DNA of 64,000 nucleotides from an uncultured virus (IMG/VR IMGVR_UViG_2687453420_000004) (Duplodnaviria; Heunggongvirae; Uroviricota; Caudoviricetes): IMG/VR virus record IMGVR_UViG_2687453420_000004; one strand, 5' to 3'. Shown piece by piece: positions 55,139 to 64,000 of this stretch (position 1 is its first letter; each line of letters starts with the position of its first letter). The notes under the pieces were generated by a model. It saw only the letters and a program-made list of their open reading frames with translations, ran no database searches and was not told where the DNA came from. The position numbers and the translations under genes were made by a program.

Positions 55139-55996
55139 CTATACCTCCTGGTCTTGTAGGAATGGTGGTAAATCTTCTTCTTTTGTTTCTGGTGTATCTT
55201 CTTTTTTACTTAATCCTTTATCTACTAATATTTTGCAAGCTTTTTGTATTACCTGGTCTTTAGCATTTTTCATAAGCCAATCTATATAGTTAGGAGTTTC
55301 TTTCATTATCTGGCCTAAAGTTTTGCCTTTATTTTTACCAAAATTTATTTTAATGTTCCCAGCACTATTTTCATCAATATTTTGTACATGCTCTTGTTGT
55401 AAAAACTCTTGCATTTCTTCTAGGTCCTGTGTAAATACATCACTTAAACTTGCTACTTGTAATACTGCATCTATAAATGCTCTTTTCTTAGCCATCTTTA
55501 AAATAGTATTTACTAAATCAGCTATATGTGGGTTTGGTATTTTATATTTAACTGTTCCATACCTAGTAGTTATTTTTTCTACCGTACTAGGATCTATTCC
55601 ATCTGGTACTGCATCAACATTTATATATCTATATTTCTTTTCCATACTGTTACAATTCCCCACACCTTGGCTTACTGGATTGCCATTTCTATATAGAGTA
55701 CATTTTATGTTATAAGCAAAGAACCCATCTTTGTAATCCTCTGTTCTTTCTAAAAACTCATATTCAGGATTAAGACCAAACATCATGCAAATCTTTTCTC
55801 CACCTGGCTTTAAAAGTGTTGGTTTGCTCCCTGCTCCTGCAACTACTCCAAAATCATGGCCATCTTTTAAATTCTTTTGAATTACTGCTTGAAATGTTGC
55901 TATTTTTTGCATAGTACCTTGTATAGTTCCTATATCTACACTATCTATAAGGCTAGTAACTTGATTATTTTTAACTATTTCTAATTGATTTTCCAT
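55139..55996 (-). CDS. Putative single-strand annealing protein
   Basis: KPTLLKPGGEK, NTILKMAKKRAFIDA, FTQDLEE; next to a Gam-like gene. Confidence 0.6.
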   Translation of the reverse strand: MENQLEIVKNNQVTSLIDSVDIGTIQGTMQKIATFQAVIQKNLKDGHDFGVVAGAGSKPTLLKPGGEKICMMFGLNPEYEFLERTEDYKDGFFAYNIKCTLYRNGNPVSQGVGNCNSMEKKYRYINVDAVPDGIDPSTVEKITTRYGTVKYKIPNPHIADLVNTILKMAKKRAFIDAVLQVASLSDVFTQDLEEMQEFLQQEHVQNIDENSAGNIKINFGKNKGKTLGQIMKETPNYIDWLMKNAKDQVIQKACKILVDKGLSKKEDTPETKEEDLPPFLQDQEV

Positions 55997-56007
55997 TATT
56001 CTTCCTC

Positions 56008-56574
56008 CTACTTAATTTCTAAAGTTTCATTAGTTTCTTCTACTGTAAGACCTTCTATATCTAAAATTTCTCCTGTAGTTTTATTTATTATTTGATTGTC
56101 TTTAATTTCTAAATCTTCTTTCATCTCACCCCATTTCAACTTAGGTTCTTTTTTAATGTAGGTTTCATCCTTAGCACTTAATAAATGTTCTAGTATCTTT
56201 GTATCATCATGATTTAACTTAATCTTAGATTTCCTTATAACAAGTTTTCCACTTAATAAGTTGTAGCTTCTTTGCGTTTTAGTTTCCTTCATCTTCAAAT
56301 TTTTTGTATAAGCCATAAGTTGTTCTTTATTAAAATCTATTTCATTATTTATTTTTTCTGTTTTTATTCTTAGTTGTTCTTTTATTGCTGCTATTCTATT
56401 TTTAGCTATCATTTCAATCCTTGTTTTTTCTTCCTCAAGCTCTTTTATTTCCTGTATCTTTTCATCTGCATGAGTATCATTACCTATTACTGAAACTTGA
56501 GCTTTTTCTATTCCTTCATCTAGCATTTCATCAAATGTCAATGGTATTTCATAATCCGAACATCTTATTTCCAT
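56008..56574 (-). CDS. Gam-like host-nuclease inhibitor
   Basis: Coiled coil, SYNLLSGKL, KLKWGEMK...TGEILDIEG. Confidence 0.7.
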   Translation of the reverse strand: MEIRCSDYEIPLTFDEMLDEGIEKAQVSVIGNDTHADEKIQEIKELEEEKTRIEMIAKNRIAAIKEQLRIKTEKINNEIDFNKEQLMAYTKNLKMKETKTQRSYNLLSGKLVIRKSKIKLNHDDTKILEHLLSAKDETYIKKEPKLKWGEMKEDLEIKDNQIINKTTGEILDIEGLTVEETNETLEIK

Positions 56575-56812
56575 TATTTTTCCTCCTTCATTCCGTACCT
56601 CTTCACCTCCTTGTAACTAAATCAACTAACTGTTATCGCAGTGGCCATACATTTTATTGTGGTGTGGCTCTTATCTTCGCCTACTCCCGCTCTAATTAGT
56701 TCATTTAGTTACAAGGATTTTGGTACTAATTGTAATGTTATTGCATATACATAGACTAGAGAAGTATATGCATTTTTCCTGTAGTAAAATTTTTTAAAAA
56801 GGCTTTTCAGCC

Positions 56813-56989
56813 TTAATTTTTCTTAAGCTTTCTCTCTTTATATACTTTAATAAGTTCCTCAATTTGTTCCGGAGGTAAAGTTTCTATAAGAACTTTGGCT
56901 ACTGCTTTTCCTACTCTTTCCTCATATGCTTTCATATGTTCTGGAGGTGGGTAATTTATTCTTATATTAAATTTAGGTTCTTTAGCCAT
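56813..56989 (-). CDS. Small early protein (58 aa), missing from ORF track
   Basis: GGAGG RBS; MAKEPKFNIRINYP... Confidence 0.65.
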   Translation of the reverse strand: MAKEPKFNIRINYPPPEHMKAYEERVGKAVAKVLIETLPPEQIEELIKVYKERKLKKN

Positions 56990-57429
56990 CAGTTCTTCCT
57001 CCTCTCTTTACTTAGTTATTATTCATCTTATGAGAAATCGTATCTATTTGTTAAAATTATTTATTGTATTTGATATTCTTTAAAAGCTTTAACTGCACAA
57101 TAATGAATGCTTAACTCTCTAGTATCAATTTTCTCTTCTATTTCAAAACATAGATGTACTTCCTTATAATCCCATATGGCAACATTCGCTATTTCTTTAT
57201 TCTTATTTAAAAAGCAAAGATTCCAACTTCCATCATCTTCATTTTTATATGCTTCGACTCTGTCAATTAATGTGCCTACATGTAAAACATCAGTTACTAC
57301 AAAACATCCTGTATCTCCATTTATCTGTTTCTTATTCAGTAATTCATTTATCGCTGATACATTTCCAGCAATTTTTTCTTCATCAAAGCAATCTCTAAAA
57401 ACAAAAGTCTTTGTATAATCACACCACAT

Positions 57430-58224
57430 TTAAATTACCTCCTCATTAAGTGAATATAAATTTTTAGCAAGTTCTCTTACATCATTTTCATAAAGCTTAC
57501 AAGCTATTTCATAAAGTTCAGGTATCTTATTCATGACCTTATCAATGTAGTCAACTTTACTTTTTAGCTTTGGTTTATGTTTTTTGTTGTATTTCTCTAG
57601 TTTATTTTTTATACTTTCAATGTGATACTTCATTTCAAATTGTTTATATAGTTCATTCCAACGTTCCCTATAATTTGCACCTTTGTATCTAACAACTCTA
57701 TTTAATATCTGTCTTTTCTCTGCTAGTGATATTTCATCAACTAAACCTACAATTACATCTTCTTTATGTTCTATTTCTGTCTCTTTTAATGCTATAATCT
57801 CATTTTGCTTCCTTATAGTTTCTAAGGTGTTCCTGAAAACCATTTTACTTTGATCATCCAAATAAGGTAGGTAAGTATTAATAAATAGGTCTTCGCTTGC
57901 AACATAACCACCAGTTTTCCTTATAGTTGGTAACACTTCATCAAAAACCCAAACCTCAAATTTTTCTGCTGATGGTAAATGTGAACCAGTAATTAATCTA
58001 TAAATGTCACCTTCAGGTATTAAATTTACTTCAACTCCATTAACTTTTAACCCGTTACATTTTGTAACGCATTTACATTTTCTTGATAAAGTCGTTCTCC
58101 AGCTACCTTCTGCATAACCTAATGCTTTTAAAACGTCATTCGCTACGGCATAAGGTTTATTGTTTATTTCTGTCATTTTTACCATTCCAAACTCTTGATT
58201 TTTAAAAATCTGTAAGTTATTCAT
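57430..58224 (-). CDS. BRO-N antirepressor
   Basis: LQIFKNQEFG, AEKFEVWVFDEVLPTIRKTGGY. Confidence 0.9.
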   Translation of the reverse strand: MNNLQIFKNQEFGMVKMTEINNKPYAVANDVLKALGYAEGSWRTTLSRKCKCVTKCNGLKVNGVEVNLIPEGDIYRLITGSHLPSAEKFEVWVFDEVLPTIRKTGGYVASEDLFINTYLPYLDDQSKMVFRNTLETIRKQNEIIALKETEIEHKEDVIVGLVDEISLAEKRQILNRVVRYKGANYRERWNELYKQFEMKYHIESIKNKLEKYNKKHKPKLKSKVDYIDKVMNKIPELYEIACKLYENDVRELAKNLYSLNEEVI

Positions 58225-58276
58225 TCCCTCATCACCCTTTTGTTCACTAATTTAATTTTCAAAGAAAATGTTTAAA

Positions 58277-58507
58277 CTATTTATTAAGCAGTTCCTGTTG
58301 TCGTTTTGACGTCATACTTTGCAAAAAAATTTCTTCTATTGTACTGTTATATTTTTGTGATATTTTATATGCTTCATTAAGAGTGAAATCAGTTTTGCCA
58401 TTTTCTTTAAAGTTGAATGTAGATACTCTTACGCCTAAAAAATCAGCTAAATCTTTTTGAGTATCTCCATGTTTTGCTCTAAGTGATTTCAATTTACGAT
58501 TAATCAT
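58277..58507 (-). CDS. Cro-like HTH
   Basis: XRE HTH divergent from the repressor. Confidence 0.85.
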   Translation of the reverse strand: MINRKLKSLRAKHGDTQKDLADFLGVRVSTFNFKENGKTDFTLNEAYKISQKYNSTIEEIFLQSMTSKRQQELLNK

Positions 58508-58683
58508 ATATAATCACCTCCTTGTTGTCGTTTTGACTACTTGTATGCTTTTATTATAGTTGTCATTATGTCGTTTGTCAATACTATTTTTACTCTTTTT
58601 TTAAAAAAATATTCATTATGACGTTATTTATTTTTAAAACAACAAAATGTGTATAATAATATATAGGAGGTAGTCAATATGAA
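58300..58683. promoter_or_regulatory. Lysis-lysogeny switch: leftward TTGACA-17-TATAAT and GTC-N5-GAC operators
   Basis: Promoter 58581-58553; operators at 58300, 58527, 58562, 58612, 58673. Confidence 0.7.
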
Positions 58684-59113
58684 AACTATTGGTGAAAGAA
58701 TAAAAGAATTAAGAGAAGAAAAAGGAATAAATCAGCTTGAATTATCTAAAATATTAAATGTTCATAAAGGCAGTGTTTCTAATTGGGAGAACAACAAACG
58801 AACTCCTGATGCAGACATGCTTACAAAAATTGCTGATTTTTTTAATTGTTCAGTAGATTACTTATTAGGCAATACAGATATAAAAAATAAATTAAATATG
58901 TCAAAATTATTTAGTGGAGCTGGAGGTTTAAAACTAGATTCATTTAAAGAATTAATACAGGAAAATGAATCTAATAACAATACTTTATTTAGCTTTATGC
59001 TAGAAGATAAACTAAAAGAGGCTGGATTGTATAATGAAAATATGAGTAATGAAGAAAAAAACAACCTCGCTAATAAAATTCTTGATATTTTGAAAATTAT
59101 GCAAAAAAAATAG
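58679..59113 (+). CDS. CI-like XRE repressor (no S24 peptidase motif seen)
   Basis: IGERIKELR...SVDYLLG. Confidence 0.88.
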   Translation: MKTIGERIKELREEKGINQLELSKILNVHKGSVSNWENNKRTPDADMLTKIADFFNCSVDYLLGNTDIKNKLNMSKLFSGAGGLKLDSFKELIQENESNNNTLFSFMLEDKLKEAGLYNENMSNEEKNNLANKILDILKIMQKK

Positions 59114-59680
59114 GAGCGAACAACTAATAAGAGTTGTCCTGCTCCTTTTCTTTTTTTAATATATTTATTATTTTTTCTACTGTATCACACATATCAGTAT
59201 TTCTAATAATAATTGATTCTTTTTTCATGAGTTCACTTATTATTAAATTAAATTCCATTTTCATTCCCCCATTATCTATTTTAATATATCTTATTGTTAT
59301 AATAATTTTTTTAAACATTTATACAATATAATTTTTAAATATTTTTCACAAAAATTATAAACATTTTATAAATGATTCTGATCTATAAAAATTTCCAACC
59401 TATGTATTATAATTTAAAAGTCATTTTATACAACTAAAATTTAATTTTTTTATTCCCATCAAACATATGTTCTGTATTAATAATAAACCTTTTGGTAAAT
59501 ATTTTCAAGCACATGTACAATAAATATTATAAACCTAAAAGTTAGCTCCGCCCGAGCTAGTTTTATATAAAAATTTACATAATTGGACAAACTATAAAAT
59601 TATACCAATAATATAATAATGCATTTAAATAGCTCTATAAGTAATAATAAAAATAAGTTGCTAATTGAGGAAGGAGAGCT

Positions 59681-59932
59681 ATGAAGCATAAAATAAATGT
59701 CGAAGAATATAGAAATAAAAATTTTATAAGTCAGAATAAACTTGCTAAAAAAATTAATATTAGCCAAAGTTATCTTTCTTCTGTAGAAAGAGAAATAAAA
59801 AGTCCTACATTGAGAATGTTGTATCGTATTGCAGAAGAATTAGATGTTTGCCCTCGATTGCTAATTAAATGTACAATAGAATGTAGTGAATGTAAAAAAC
59901 AATACAAATGTATTTGTGAGGGGGAAGACTAA
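59681..59932 (+). CDS. XRE HTH with Cys-rich C-terminus, coupled to the integrase
   Basis: SQSYLSSVERE..SPTL; TAATG overlap. Confidence 0.85.
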   Translation: MKHKINVEEYRNKNFISQNKLAKKINISQSYLSSVEREIKSPTLRMLYRIAEELDVCPRLLIKCTIECSECKKQYKCICEGED

Positions 59933-61548
59933 TGAAGGCAGGAATTTACAGCAGAAAATCAATGTTCACAGGTAAAGGTGACTCTGTAGAAAATCAAGTC
60001 CAAATGTGTAAAGATTATGGAAACAGATTAAATGTAGATGAATATTTAATATATGAGGATGAAGGGTATTCAGGAGGTAATATTAATAGGCCTAAATTTC
60101 AAGAGTTATTACAAGATGTTAAAAGAAAAAGTTTGACGTGCTTATATGTTATAGATTAGACCGTATAAGTAGAAATGTAGCAGACTTCTCTTCTACTCTT
60201 GAACTACTTCAAGACAATAATATAAGTTTTGTAAGCATAAAAGAACAGTTTGATACTTCTACACCGATGGGTAAAGCTATGGTTTATATAGCTTCTGTTT
60301 TTGCACAGTTAGAACGTGAAACCATTGCTGAACGTGTAAGAGATAATATGTTAGAACTCGCTAAATCTGGAAGATGGTTAGGTGGTCAAACTCCTTTAGG
60401 ATTTGAATCTGAAAAAATATCTTATTTTGATGCAGAAATGAAAGAAAGAACTATGTATAAACTTTCTCCTGAACCTAAAGAACTAGAATTAGTTAAATTA
60501 ATTTATAATAAATACTTAGAAACTGGATCTATACACCTAACATTAAAATATTTATTATCTAATAATATAAAAGGTAAAAATGGTGGAGAATTTGCATCCA
60601 TGTCTATAAATGATATATTAAGGAATCCTGTATATGCTAAATCTAATGAAATGGTACTTAATTATCTTGAAGATAAAGGCATGAATATATGTGGTACCGC
60701 TAATGGAAATGGTATCTTAATATATAACAAAAGAAACTCTAAGTATAAGAAAAAAAGTGTAAATGAGTGGATAGCTGCAGTTAGTAAACACAAAGGAATT
60801 ATACCTGCTAATACATGGCTAGAAGTTCAAAAAACTCTAGATAAAAATTCTAAAAAAGATACTCCAAGACAAGGAACATCTAAAAAGGCATTATTATCTG
60901 GAGTTTTAAAATGCAGTAGATGCGGTGCTCCTATGCGAGTTACTTATGGCAGGAAAAGAAAAGATGGCACTTCCATATATTATTATACATGTACTATGAA
61001 AGCTCATAGTGGCAAAACTAGGTGTGATAATCCTAATGTACGCGGGGACTATTTAGAAAAAAACATTATTACAGAATTAAAAAACTTAAATTCTGATGTA
61101 GTCATTAAAGGGCTTGAAGAACATAAAAAACAACTAGCTGCAACAACAGAAAATTCAATTATAAAAAATATTTCTAAAGAAATAGAAGAAAAAAAGAAAG
61201 AAATGGATTCTTTGATTAATAAACTTTCTAAAATAGAAAGTGATATAGCATCTGAATTTGTATTATCTAAAGTAGATTCTTTAGGAAAAGAAATTAAAGA
61301 ATTGGAAGTTAATTTATTAAAAAGAACCGATAAGAAAAAAGAAAACTGTGATATTGAACTTAATATTGAAATAGTGTTGCAAGCAATAAAGAATTTAATG
61401 ATTTTTTCAATAGTGTTGAGAGTTTTAAAGATGATGAATTAACTATACAAAGGAAAAGATATCTTCTTGAAAGAGCTGTAGATGAAATTAGAATAGATGG
61501 AGAAACTAATAGAATAGATATTGATTTATGGAGGGCTAAAAAAAATAG
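59932..61548 (+). CDS. Large serine recombinase (integrase), with apparent 1-nt deletions near 60124, 61389 and possibly 61540
   Basis: YSRKS, DEGYSG, YRLDRISR, LERETIAERV, CSRCG Zn ribbon; frame resumes EFNDFF...DIDLW. Confidence 0.92.
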
Positions 61549-61575
61549 CCTCCTCTATGGAATATGGTTCCAAAA

Positions 61576-61625
61576 TGTTGCAATTACATAAAGCATGTAC
61601 ACGCATGGCTTTATGATGTAAATAA
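61576..61625 (+). other. attR of prophage (crossover CA 61600-61601)
   Basis: P arm 61576-61599 is inverted relative to 1364-1387; host frame resumes. Confidence 0.88.
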
Positions 61626-62130
61626 AATAGAACCTGCTGTAAAAAATCATATGAAAAATATGGGCATAGATATTCATCTTCTCTCTAGAATAGTAGATGT
61701 AAAAAAAGAAGGAGATAAAATAAAAGGCATATATATTTCAGATGGAACCTATGTAGATGGTGATGTATTTATAGAAACTACTGGTTCTACAGGACCTATG
61801 GGCAATTGTTTAAGATATGGTAATGGATGTTCTATGTGTGTTCTAAGATGTCCTGCCTTTGGCCCTAGAGTAAGCTTAACTTCAAGAGCCGGAGTAGATG
61901 ATTTCCAAGGAGAAAGAGAAGATGATTTATTAGGAGCCTTTAGTGGTTCCTGTAAACTAGCTAAAGAAACTATGTCTGATGAATTGGTAAAAGAACTTGA
62001 TGAAACTGGATTATTGGTTTTAAAGGTTCCAAAGGAAGATATAAACTTAGATAAATTAAAAATGAAGGTTTGTCAGCAATATGCTCTAAAAGAATTTGCA
62101 GAAAATATCGTAATACTAGATACTGGCCAT
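61600..62130 (+). pseudogene. Middle fragment of the host FAD oxidoreductase
   Basis: DVFIETTGSTGPMGNC...GCSMCVLRCP; ends abruptly at LDTGH|SR*. Confidence 0.88.
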
Positions 62131-62135
62131 TCAAG

Positions 62136-62405
62136 GTGAACATAAATGCAACATTTAAAAAGATTTTTAAAACAATTGAAACTAATGAATCTGTAGCCTA
62201 TTCTAGACTACCTGAAGACACCATAGCTGAAAAAATTTATAAATTAAGAATGATTAAAGGATGCACTCAACGTGAATTTGCTAAAATGTGTTCAATTGGA
62301 TATTCAAGTTTATGTAAATATGAATTAGGGTTTAATCCTAGTATTAAAAACTTAAATAAAATTAGTAATGCATTCAATATTGATATAGGCTATTTTTTAA
62401 AGTAG
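62136..62405 (+). CDS. XRE HTH starting within the second attL
   Basis: GTG overlaps the host stop (GTGA); EDTIAEKIYKLR resembles NDTIGERIRKLR of 1367. Confidence 0.75.
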   Translation: MNINATFKKIFKTIETNESVAYSRLPEDTIAEKIYKLRMIKGCTQREFAKMCSIGYSSLCKYELGFNPSIKNLNKISNAFNIDIGYFLK

Positions 62406-62767
62406 GAAATTTTATTAATTTCCTACTTTTTTATTTTTAGTTTTTATTATTAATATAACCCTTGTTTTTTTACCAGATTTAGCTTGTCTTTTTTTCATAT
62501 GTATTCCCCCGGTAATCACTAATTTTACTTTACTACTAAATTATACCTCTAATAACCCAAACACTCAAGAACATTTGTTCGAGTAAAATATTTTAAATAT
62601 TACTTTAAAGTTCTTATAATCTAGTATTTTCCTTTAATGCTATTATACATCAAAAAATATTCATACCATGAATATCGTTCGTCTTTTTACCACAATTTTC
62701 TTATTTATTATTGCTATATTTTGTCGTAAAATTAAAAAGAATAGGATATTTACACGAGGTGATACAA

Positions 62768-63004
62768 ATGATAAGGATTTTCCGTGAACATAAAGGAATT
62801 AGGCAAGAAGATTTAGCAAGCAGATTAGGTATAACACAACCTTATTTAAGTAAATTGGAAAATAACTCTATATATAAGATTAATGTTAATGTAGATCTTA
62901 TAGAAAACTTAGCAATGGAACTTAATGTTTGTCCAATAGCTGTATTTTTGTATTTTTTAAATGTCAATATTTCATGTCCTTTTTATTTAAAAAAGACACA
63001 ATAA
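62768..63004 (+). CDS. XRE HTH protein
   Basis: GAGGTG RBS; QEDLASRLGITQPYLSKLEN. Confidence 0.85.
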   Translation: MIRIFREHKGIRQEDLASRLGITQPYLSKLENNSIYKINVNVDLIENLAMELNVCPIAVFLYFLNVNISCPFYLKKTQ

Positions 63005-63080
63005 CATGAATTGAAACTTATAACTTTATTAACTGCTATAAACTTATTTTATATAAAGTAAGTTTATAGGAGGATCTATT

Positions 63081-63359
63081 ATGTTTGGGGATAGACTTAG
63101 AGAATTAAGAGAAGAAAAACAACTTACACAAGAGGAACTTGGTAAGTTACTGAATGTTTCTCGTCAAGCGGTATCTAGCTATGAAAAGGGAGAAAATGAA
63201 CCAACTATAGATGCATTGGTTAAAATTGCGAATATATTTAATGTGAGCTTAGATTATTTATTGGGTAGAACAAAAGAGAGATATAATTTAAATCTAAAAG
63301 ATAAAAAGAATAAGGAATTATTATTAGATTTAATAAAAGTAATAGATAAGCATAAATAA
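63081..63359 (+). CDS. XRE repressor-like protein
   Basis: FGDRLRELR...VSLDYLLGR. Confidence 0.9.
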   Translation: MFGDRLRELREEKQLTQEELGKLLNVSRQAVSSYEKGENEPTIDALVKIANIFNVSLDYLLGRTKERYNLNLKDKKNKELLLDLIKVIDKHK

Positions 63360-63395
63360 AAACTCTAAAGGTTAACCCTCTAGAGTTTTTTATAT

Positions 63396-63914
63396 TTATT
63401 TTCCCTCTTTGATCAATTTATCAAATATTTTTTGGTATTCTTCTTTACCAAAAGTACCACTATCAAATGTCAAAAAATTATCTACACTTTCTTTAGAAGT
63501 GTACATTAAAATGCCACCTAATTGCTTAGTTGTAAATGCTATTCTTTTATAACAATTATATTTTTTATCACTGCTAACAATTCCTGATATAACATTAGAA
63601 TATGTGTAAAAATCTTTTATTTTTTGTTCCACACTTCCATCCTTAGTATTCAATTCTACAAATAATCCTTTATCATCACCTTCTCCATCTTCCCTTAATT
63701 GAGTAATCTCTAAAGGAATTACGGTTGAAAGTCCTTTATTTAATTCTGTATTTTTTAAATCTATTGATTCTTTTTTTTCATCTTTTTTATCTTCCTGTTT
63801 TAAATCCTGGTTAATATTTTCTTTATTATATTCCTTAGTTGTTTGTTTAGATCCACAAGCAACTAATCCTAAGGCTAAAACTCCTGCTATTAATATAGAT
63901 ATTAGTTTTTTCAT
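63396..63914 (-). CDS. Lipoprotein
   Basis: Lipobox LVAC. Confidence 0.8.
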   Translation of the reverse strand: MKKLISILIAGVLALGLVACGSKQTTKEYNKENINQDLKQEDKKDEKKESIDLKNTELNKGLSTVIPLEITQLREDGEGDDKGLFVELNTKDGSVEQKIKDFYTYSNVISGIVSSDKKYNCYKRIAFTTKQLGGILMYTSKESVDNFLTFDSGTFGKEEYQKIFDKLIKEGK

Positions 63915-64000
63915 GTACTAATCCCCCTCTTAGTAATATAGCTTAATTATAACAAAAATGTTATATTTGTAAATAAATAAACAAATCTTGTATATAAAAA

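Larger units (their letters stand above)
1364..61601. mobile_element. Temperate siphovirus-type prophage, ~60.2 kb, serine integrase
   Basis: att pair plus integrase, switch, replication, packaging, head, tail and lysis modules in canonical order. Confidence 0.95.
62130..64000. mobile_element. Left end of a second integrated element in the same host gene
   Basis: CA followed by a 24-mer 16/24 identical to the first P' arm; three XRE genes and a lipoprotein; terminator at 63359 near-identical to 8918. Confidence 0.75.

Noticed and set aside
654..59331. Many antisense ORFs (e.g. 654, 1058, 1835, 3523, 7312, 18760, 25453, 42859, 52719, 55323)
   Set aside because: Shadows of real genes on the other strand, with no RBS or recognisable motif.
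62070..62135. N-terminal part of ORF-track 62070..62405
   Set aside because: It overlaps host coding sequence in another frame; the plausible start is GTG 62136.
61564..62139. Phage-supplied new N-terminus complementing the host gene
   Set aside because: The 12 added residues lack the GxGxxG FAD motif, there is no clear RBS, and the fragment is cut again at 62130.

Overview
Low-GC Clostridium-type DNA (C. botulinum/sporogenes-like by gene content; inference). Almost the whole window is one ~60.2 kb Siphoviridae-type prophage (about 1364-61601). It is integrated by a large serine recombinase into a host GidA/TrmFO-like FAD oxidoreductase gene at a CA dinucleotide. Joining 1363 to 61602 restores the host frame (GHKH|AWLYD) and a 24-bp imperfect-palindrome attP. 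About 530 bp further on (62128-62129) the same host gene appears to be cut again by a second, related element. At both left junctions the element supplies a stop codon that overlaps the start of an XRE-HTH gene (ATGA and GTGA), which suggests a host-gene-coupled, possibly sequential excision switch. The accessory arm carries a repeated family of convergent sigA/sigH small-RNA-like units with anti-RBS cores, one of them complementary to the start of the interrupted host gene. It also carries a pilin-like/VirB4-HerA-type ATPase operon, two paralogous secreted Cys/His-rich peptides, a Dam-type MTase/endonuclease pair behind a LexA-like box, an IS3 element and host-like genes. The tape-measure gene has a non-canonical ATA start and a 752-nt group I intron with a decayed homing endonuclease. 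Several single-base homopolymer frameshifts (integrase, DnaB, AbrB, IS3) may be sequencing errors.
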